Below are positions 55,013 to 64,000 of a DNA stretch of 64,000 bases, in pieces. The notes under the pieces are model-generated. The model worked only from the letters and a program-made list of their open reading frames with translations. It was not told the DNA's origin and did not search any database. This stretch comes from Eledone cirrhosa. Taxonomy: Eukaryota. Position 1 is the first letter of the stretch, and every line of letters starts with the position of its first letter. Location of the stretch: the NCBI GenBank assembly GCA_964016885.1, contig OZ024757.1, positions 13,578,001 to 13,642,000 on the forward strand, read 5' to 3'. The position numbers were made by a program, and so were the translations under genes.

Positions 55013-55818
55013 GCTTGATTAAAAACAAACAAAAAAAGAAAAAAAAAGAAACATATTTTAAAAAATGTGTAAAATATATCCTCTCAGACACAGTTTCTCT
55101 CTCAACACATCTATGCTCGGTCGTTCACGCACATTGACATTGCACATCCAACAGAGCATGCTTGCCTCATTTCTCTCCAGCCGTCACATATCGCCATTTA
55201 ATTATATATATATATTGTAATATAGTCTAAAATTATATATAATCACAATTCAATGTTTATATATATTGTAATATAGTCTAAAATTATATATATATATATA
55301 TATATAATCACCATTTAATGTCTATTTTCCATGCTTGCATGGATAGACGGTGTAATGTTATGCAGTTAGAAGGGCCAGGTAATGTTTTGCTCAAATGTTC
55401 CGTTTCCCCCTCCCCCCCCCCCTTAGTTTGCTGTATTAAATTACTGACATACCGAAGCCTAACATGTTTCAATCAGTAAAGCAATGAAGGAAATAAACTA
55501 CCAATATTTTCCATGCCACTGCTTTCTTGAACTATATTTAATGTTACAGTAACACAATATATATATATTTATTTTTTCAAAGAATCGCTGTTCTTAAAAT
55601 GCATGGGCCAATGACCTCCACACATCCCAATAACCACCCTCCCCTACCACCAGAAAACGTATAAATACCACCATATCACAATGACAGTCAGCTTTCCTGA
55701 TGATTTCCTTAGAATGAAACAGTTCTAGTCCTGTAGAAGCCATTTCTATATTTTTTATATATATATATATATGAAAATGATAGAAGATATATACATATAT
55801 ATATATAGAGAGATATAT

Positions 55819-55849
<31 letters not shown>

Positions 55850-56737
55850 TTGTCTGGAACTAGCTGTTGAAATGGCAAGAGCTCAGCCGTCGGGTCCCAA
55901 CTCTTTATAATATAACCATACTCTACTACCCCCCAGCATAGAGTACTCTGTTGAGTAATGGTCAAACCAGTTTCAAACTGATTCTATCTTGATTTATATA
56001 TATATATATATATATAAATATGAAATATCGTTTCATTTTTTCCGTTTATATATATATATATATATATATATAGTGGAGTCTGTGCTGCTGTACGGGTCTG
56101 AGATTGGACACTGACCAAGAAACTCACTCAGATGGTGGATGGGTGCTACACGAGAGTGCTGAGGATGGCTCTGAACATTAATCAGTATACACTGAGTTTG
56201 AAGAACTCAGAGCTGTACGGGAGCCTCCCAAAAGTCAGCTCGAGAGTAGCACAGAGATGACTGGGGTTAGCTGGACATGCTCACTGACATCCAGAGTTGA
56301 CATTGCAGTCAGTGCTCCTGTGGGAGCTCCTACATGGACACACTGGAAGAGGAAGACCGAGGTTAATGTATGTTGATGTCCTAAAGACAGACACTGGTCT
56401 GCTGGGGACGCAGGACATGGCAGCGATAATGAGGGACAGAGACCGCTGGAGAGAACTCGTCCATGGATCTCAGGGATTTAATCCGCCATAGAGACATATA
56501 TATATTTTTAAAGACAAAATTAATTGCATATTAAGTGATGAAACATGTTAATGCTTGGAATAAAACCTTATTATATCTCTTATCCATGTTAATCATCCTT
56601 TTACCTGTTATATATATATATATTCAGTTCAAGGATATAACAAACAGGTACAAAAAGTCTTATTAGTTTCATGCTTTTTATGGAAAAGGAGAAAGAAATA
56701 GCAGCCAAATCCCCCTCAAGTATATATATGTTAAAAG

Positions 56738-56904
56738 CAATGTAGTGTGACTATACTACTCAGTAACAGTCTTGTTGCTCCAAGTCCTGTGTCACACAAT
56801 TGATGTCCCACACTTTCACAGAGTACCAGCTACAAAACTGTCCTCAATATATTTGGTGTAGTGATCCCTGTAAAGCTGCTTACGCAGGGGTCATAGTGTG
56901 GGTT
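56738..56904 (-). ncRNA. H/ACA U1-psi6 guide-like RNA, tandem copy 3
   Basis: As copy 1. Confidence 0.72.
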
Positions 56905-57712
56905 GCTTGATTAAAAACAAACAAAAAAAGAAAAAAAAAGAAACATATTTAAAAAAATGTGTAAGATATATCCTCTCAGACACAGTTTCTCTCTCAACAC
57001 ATCTATGCTCGGTCGTTCACGCACATTGACATTGCACATCCAACAGAGCATGCTTGCCTCATTTCTCTCCAGCCGTCACATATCGCCATTTAATTATATA
57101 TATATATTGTAATATAGTCTAAAATTATATATAATCACAATTCAATGTTTATATATATTGTAATATAGTCTAAAATTATATATATATATATATATATAAT
57201 CACCATTTAATGTCTATTTTCCATGCTTGCATGGATAGACGGTGTAATGTTATGCAGTTAGAAGGGCCAGGTAATGTTTTGCTCAAATGTTCCGTTTCCC
57301 CCCCCCCCCCCCCCCCTTAGTTTGCTGTATTAAATTACTGACATACCGAAGCCTAACATGTTTCAATCAGTAAAGCAATGAAGGAAATAAACTACCAATA
57401 TTTTCCATGCCACTGCTTTCTTGAACTATATTTAATGTTACAGTAACACAATATATATTTTTTTTTTTTTTCAAAGAATCGCTGTTCTTAAAATGCATGG
57501 GCTAATGACCTCCACACATCCCAATAACCACCCTCCCCTACCACCAGAAAACGTATAAATACCACCATATCACAATGACAGTCAGCTTTCCTGATGATTT
57601 CCTTAGAATGAAACAGTTCTAGTCCTGTAGAAGCCATTTCTATATTTTTTATATATATATATATATGAAAATGATAGAAGATATATACATATATATATAT
57701 ATAGAGATATAT

Positions 57713-57743
<31 letters not shown>

Positions 57744-57937
57744 TTGTCTGGAACTAGCTGTTGAAATGGCAAGAGCTCAGCCGTCGGGTCCCAACTCTTT
57801 ATAATATAACCATACTCTACTACCCCCCAGCATAGAGTACTCTGTTGAGTAATGGTCAAACCAGTTTCAAACTGATTCTATCTTGATTTATATATATATA
57901 TATATATATAAATATGAAATATCGTTTCATTTTTTCC

Positions 57938-57971
<34 letters not shown>

Positions 57972-58633
57972 GAGTCTGTGCTGCTGTACGGGTCTGAGAT
58001 TGGACACTGACCAAGAAACTCACTCAGATGGTGGATGGGTGCTACACGAGAGTGCTGAGGATGGCTCTGAACATTAATCAGTATACACTGAGTTTGAAGA
58101 ACTCAGAGCTGTACGGGAGCCTCCCAAAAGTCAGCTCGAGAGTAGCACAGAGATGACTGGGGTTAGCTGGACATGCTCACTGACATCCAGAGTTGACATT
58201 GCAGTCAGTGCTCCTGTGGGAGCTCCTACATGGACACACTGGAAGAGGAAGACCGAGGTTAATGTATGTTGATGTCCTAAAGACAGACACTGGTCTGTTG
58301 GAGACGCAGGACATGGTAATGATAATGAGGGACAGAGACCGCTGGAAAGAACTCGTCCATGGATCTCAGGGATTTTATCCGCCATGGAGACATATATATA
58401 TTTTTCAAGACAAAATTAATTGCATATTAAGTGATGAAACATGTTAATGCTTGGAATAAAACCTTATTATATCTCTTATCCATGTTAATCATCCTTTTAC
58501 CTGTTATATATATATATATTCAGTTCAAGGATATAACAAACAGGTACAAAAAGTCTTATTAGTTTCATGCTTTTTATGGAAAAGGAGAAAGAAATAGCAG
58601 CCAAATACCCCTCAAGTATATATATGTTAAAAG

Positions 58634-58800
58634 CAATGTAGTGTGACTATACTACTCAGTAACAGTCTTGTTGCTCCAAGTCCTGTGTCACACAATTGAT
58701 GTCCCACACTTTCACAGAGTACCAGCTACAAAACTGTCCTCAATATATTTGGTGTAGTGACCCCTGTAAAGTTGCTTACGCAGGGGTCATAGTGTGGGTT
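58634..58800 (-). ncRNA. H/ACA U1-psi6 guide-like RNA, tandem copy 4
   Basis: As copy 1. Confidence 0.72.
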
Positions 58801-59661
58801 GCTTGATTAAAAACAAACAAAAAAAAAAAAAAGAAACATATTTTTAATGTCTATATATATATTGTAATATAGTCTAAAATTATATATAATCACAATTCAA
58901 TGTTTATATATATTGTAATATAGTCTAAAATTATATATATATATATAATCACCATTTAATGTCTATTTTCCATGCTTGCATGGATAGACAGGGTGTAATG
59001 TTATGCGATTAGAAGGGCCAGGTAATGTTTTGCTCAAATGTTCCCCCCCCCCCCCTTAGTTTGCTGTATTAAATTACTGACATACCGAAGCCTAACATGT
59101 TTCAATCAGTAAAGCAACGAAGGAAATAAACTACCAATATTTTCCATGCCACTGCTTTCTTGAACTATATTTAATGTTACAGTAACACAATATATATATA
59201 TATATTTTTTTAAAAGAATCGCTGTTCTTAAAATGCATGGGCCAATGACCTCTAGCCATCCCAATAACCAACTTCCCCTACCACCAGAAAACTTATAAAT
59301 AACACCATATCACAATGACAGTCAGCTTTCCTGATGATTTCCTTAGAATGAAACAGTTGTAGTCCTGTAGAAGCCATTTCTATATTTTTATATATATATA
59401 TATATATATATGAAAATGATAGAAGTTTAACTGTATGGCAGAAAATCCTTATAATACCTACACTACTTTTCTTAAGTATAGAAATAATGGTCTTACTGGT
59501 CTTAACTAGTAAGATCGTATATATAGATATCTAGTTGACAGCCAAGAGAAAAGAGTACTCAATACCAAAGTAGAGTTTAAATATTCATTTTATTATGGCT
59601 AAATAGTGATTCCTGTTACTTTGGAGTTTCACAGAAACGCTATTTAGACTTAATAAAATGA

Positions 59662-59693
<32 letters not shown>

Positions 59694-59697
59694 ATAA

Positions 59698-59750
59698 TTC
59701 ATTGTGATGAACGATTTCAGTCTGTCTTCATGAAACCTTTGGTAAATGGA
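59698..59750 (+). ncRNA. Decayed hammerhead (core GUGAUGA)
   Basis: UUCAUU-GUGAUGA-ACGA...UCAU-GAAA-CCUUUGG-UA-AAUGGA; 6-bp stem I, C3 replaced by G. Confidence 0.45.
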
Positions 59751-59776
59751 ATAATTGTCTTATGTTGTTTATTACA

Positions 59777-59813
<37 letters not shown>

Positions 59814-59829
59814 ATATATATATATTGAG

Positions 59830-59887
<58 letters not shown>

Positions 59888-59894
59888 TGTAATA

Positions 59895-59953
<59 letters not shown>

Positions 59954-60119
59954 TATATTGATTTTTGGCTTAGGTGGTTAATGCCTTCTTGACCACTTTT
60001 TCATATTGTTTAGCTCTGGTTTTTTAACTATGAATGCTTGCCAGCATAACTCTGATTTGCGTTTCGTTTCCCTTTTTCTGCCTAGCGAAATGCGATTCTC
60101 GCTGAATTTATATATATAT

Positions 60120-60470
60120 ATATCATCATCATCATCATCATCATTTCATTTTACGTCTGCCTTTTCCCTGCTTGCAAAGGTGGGATGGGAACTGATTTTG
60201 GCTTGATTTCTACAGCTGGATGCCCTTCCTAACACCAACCTCATTTACAGTGAGTGCTGGGTGCTTTTTTGCCGTGTCACCTGCACGACCACTTTGCAGT
60301 GGAATGATATGGACCCCAGTCCCTATCATCTCATTTCTACAGCTGACTAAACTGGAGCAATGTGAAATAAAGTGTCTTGCTCAAGGAAACAACACATCAC
60401 CCGGTCTGAGAATTGAACTCACAACCTTTCGTTTGCAAGGCCAATGCTCTAACCACTAAGCCATGTGCCT

Positions 60471-60472
<2 letters not shown>
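60120..60472 (-). mobile_element. SINE family B (complete) with RTE-type tail
   Basis: Reverse complement of 51800-52135. Confidence 0.88.
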
Positions 60473-60552
<80 letters not shown>

Positions 60553-60854
60553 TTAATATATAATAAGGGAACAAAGAATCAGTGTTGCATCATATACATA
60601 TTTAATTATACATTACATATGTTTCAATGTCGATCAGCTCGGGGAACACCTATATATATTTGTGTGTGTGTGTGTGTGTGTGTACACATATACACACTCT
60701 GACACACACTGTGGCAGACAACAGTAAAAATCTTTGACTAGTGATTAGTGACATGAGAGAAGGTTCTAGATAGATCTAAAGAAAGACACAAGACAATCTG
60801 GAGAAGAAACAGGTGGAAGCTGAAAATGTCTAAAAAAAAAAAACACTTGAATTC

Positions 60855-60988
60855 CAACCAACTTGAAACAACCAACCAACTTGAAACAACCAACCAACTG
60901 ACCAACCAGCCAACTAACCAACCAGCCAACTAACCAACCAACTGACCAACCAGCCAACTAACCAACCAACTGACCAACCAGCCAACCA
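60855..60988. repeat. (ACCA)n-derived repeat
   Basis: Direct reading. Confidence 0.9.
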
Positions 60989-61194
60989 GTAATATACAAA
61001 TGCAACAATGTGGGAATGGTGTGGGAGCACCCTCGCCTCACATACCCTAGAATCTAAAAGTACAATGGTGACTTACACACAAGTCTCACCCTGGACCCAC
61101 CCCAGTCTACTAGAATTTAGTCCCCAAATGTAACCTAAGAAGAGTTCAAGCGAAGCTGGGAGCTAGAAATAAAAAGGAGCAACATCAACCAATA

Positions 61195-61739
61195 ATGATT
61201 TCTAGTATAGGCACAAGGCCAGTAATTTGGGGGCAGGGGAAAGTTGATTTAATCGACCCCAGTGTGTGACTGGTACTTTATTTTATCGACCCCGTAAGGA
61301 TGAAAGGCAAAGTTAACCTTGGTGGGATTTAAACACAGACTGCGAAGAGCCGCAACTCTATGGTGCAAAGCGTGCTGTCTGATGCTCTACTGATACTGTC
61401 AATTGTTACTACCCTTGGCACAAGGCCAGCAATTACCTCAGTGCATTACTGGTACTTTTTTTTTTTAAGGCAAAGCTAACCTCGGTGGGTTTCGAACTCA
61501 GAACGTAAAGAGCCGTAACTCTATGCTGCACGGCATATTGTCCGATGCTCAACTGATTCTGCCAATCCACCACCCTAATAATTGTTTCTACGTTTGGCAC
61601 AAGGCCAGCAATTACCCAGTTCATTACTGGTACTTTATTTTATCGACCTTGTAAGTATGAAAGGCAAAGTTAACCTCGGCGGGATTTGAACTCAGAATGG
61701 CAAGGGCCGTAACTCTATGCGTCAATGCATCCACCACCC

Positions 61740-61772
<33 letters not shown>

Positions 61773-61932
61773 TTTCTGATTTAGGCACAAGGCCAGCAAT
61801 TTTGGGAAAGTCGGGCCACTGGTACTTTATTTATTTTATCGAGCTAACCTCGGCGGAATTTGAACACAGAACGTAAAGGGTCGTAACTCCATGTCGCGAA
61901 AGAGGGTGGCTGATGCTCTACTGATACTGCTA
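61195..61932 (-). mobile_element. Four head-to-tail SINE family A copies
   Basis: ggcacaaggccag at ~61210, 61417, 61596, 61784, each followed by the family A core. Confidence 0.85.
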
Positions 61933-62099
61933 AAGGCTAAATTAAGACACCTACACCCATACATACATATACATGCACGCTACATATACACAATTCACAT
62001 ACATATACGTACACACTGTTCATATACATGTTGATTCACAGACATCAAAAATACCCCACCCCACCCCCCAACACCTACCCTATCAACATCCCCACCACC

Positions 62100-63163
62100 A
62101 CTCACTCAACCGACACCACCACCCCACCATCACAACCATCCTCACCACCACCACCATATCACCACCATCACAACCATCCTCACTGCAACCACCACCACCA
62201 TCACAACCATCCTATGAACACCACCCACCACCATCACAACCATCCTCATCACCACCACCACCATCACAACCATCCTCACCCCCCCCCCCCCACCATCACA
62301 ACCATAATCACCACCACCACCCTATGAACACCACCCACCACCACCACCACCACCATCACAACCATCCTCACCACCACCACCACCCTATGAACACCACCCA
62401 CCACCATTACAACCATCCTCACCACCACCACCACCCTATGAACACCACCCACCACCACATCACCACCACCACCACCACCATCACAACCATCCTCACCACC
62501 ACCACCCTATGAACACCACCCACCACCACCACCCTATGAACACCACCCACCACCACCACCACCACCATCATCCTCACCACCACCACCACCATCACAACCA
62601 TCCTCACCACCACCATATCACCACCACCACCACCACCATCCTCACCACCACCACCATCACCACAAGATTTGTTCAAGAAATTTCATGTAAAAACAATAAA
62701 GACCTTATTTTCTATTCTTCCCATGAGGTTTAGAAGGTAACACAATACCACAGATAACACTGATATTGGTAGCTTCTGATTGAGGAACAAGGCCAGAAAT
62801 TTGGGAGAAGAATGCTTGCTGTCTTTTATTGTCACTTCCATATCTACATACTGAAGTGTCATATAGCCTCCACCACCACCACCACCACCATCATCACAAC
62901 CACCACCACACCACCACCACCACCACCACCACCACCACCACCACTACTACTATCACAACCACCACTACTACCACCACCATCACCACCACCACCACCATCA
63001 CAACCACCACCACCACCACTACTACTATCACAACCACCACCATCACCACTACTACTATCACAACCACCACCACACCACCACCACCACCACCACAACCACC
63101 ACACCACCACCACAACCACCACCACAACCACCACCACCACCTCCACCACCATCACCACCACCA
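62100..63163. repeat. (CAC)n-derived minisatellites (62100-62665 and 62870-63163)
   Basis: cctatgaacaccaccc and ctatcacaacc motifs. Confidence 0.93.
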
Positions 63164-63515
63164 TGCCTTGGGATGAGAAGGGACAAGGGGCTCCACACTG
63201 TCTTTCTTAGTGCAGGGCGTGTTTGTGAGTGTGTGCAAGCATGTTTGGGTATGTGTATGTGTATGTTTTGTGCCATTAGTCTATGTTTATATGTGTGTGT
63301 AGTGCAGGGTGTCTGTGTTTTTGTGTGTGCAAGCATGCTTGTGTAGGTGTGAGTGTGTGGTGTGGTGAGGTGTGGTGTGTATATATGCATGTGTGTATGT
63401 TTTGTCTGCAGTCTATGTATGTGTGTGTATGTGCGTGCGAGCTTCTGCATGTGCGTGTATGTTTTCTTTCAGTAGCCAGCGTGTGCATGTGTGTATGCGT
63501 ATATATATATGTGTG

Positions 63516-63575
<60 letters not shown>

Positions 63576-63937
63576 TGTATGTATGAGTGTATGTTTTCTT
63601 TCAGTAGTATGTGTGCATATATATGTATATGTGTTTGTATGTATATCTATATATATATGTGTATATGTATGTGTTTAAGTATATCTGTATGTATGTATGT
63701 ATATCTATATGTGTATATGTATGTGTTTAAGTATATCTATATGTGTATATGTATATATATATATGTATATATGCATATATCTTCTGTCATCAGTCTATCA
63801 GAGATGCAGATCATTATAGAGTGTAATAGATAAGAACAAGCATAGTTTTCACCATGGAACAAACTCCCAGGGTCTCATGTAACAATCTCTGCAGACATAG
63901 TAAAACACGGTTACCTCCCCCTTGCCACACCTTTCTT

Positions 63938-63982
<45 letters not shown>

Positions 63983-64000
63983 ATGTCCACTTTACCACAC

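Larger units (their letters stand above)
52160..59425. repeat. Tandem duplication, 4 units of ~1.7-1.9 kb
   Basis: gatattgtctggaactagctg at ~52160, 53977, 55847, 57740; units nearly identical, fourth has an internal deletion near 58845. Confidence 0.97.

Overview
This is AT-rich, repeat-saturated animal genomic DNA. The SINE families, RTE LINEs with (GAT)n tails and extreme microsatellite load suggest a cephalopod, probably an octopus; this is inference. No host protein-coding gene can be recognised, and almost all ORFs in the track are microsatellite artefacts. Supported content: (1) an apparently intact RTE-clade LINE ORF (21800-25078; APE endonuclease + RT with a PHD finger inside the RT) and many non-autonomous relatives sharing its 3' tail; (2) three L1/Tx1-clade pieces stacked in a (GATA)n tract; (3) CR1-like and other RTE remnants, tRNA-derived SINEs, piggyBac-, hAT- and Helitron-like non-autonomous elements; (4) several Penelope-type minimal hammerhead ribozymes, one inside an inverted/tandem pLTR-like structure; (5) the strongest new observation: a minus-strand box H/ACA RNA whose 3' pocket is complementary to the 5' end of U1 snRNA (predicted psi6 guide, scaRNA-like). 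It has an unusual branched 5' domain and occurs once at ~49876-50112 and four more times in a ~1.8-1.9 kb tandem array (52160-59425). Scattered minus-strand splice-site-bounded islands suggest a host transcript running through the window.
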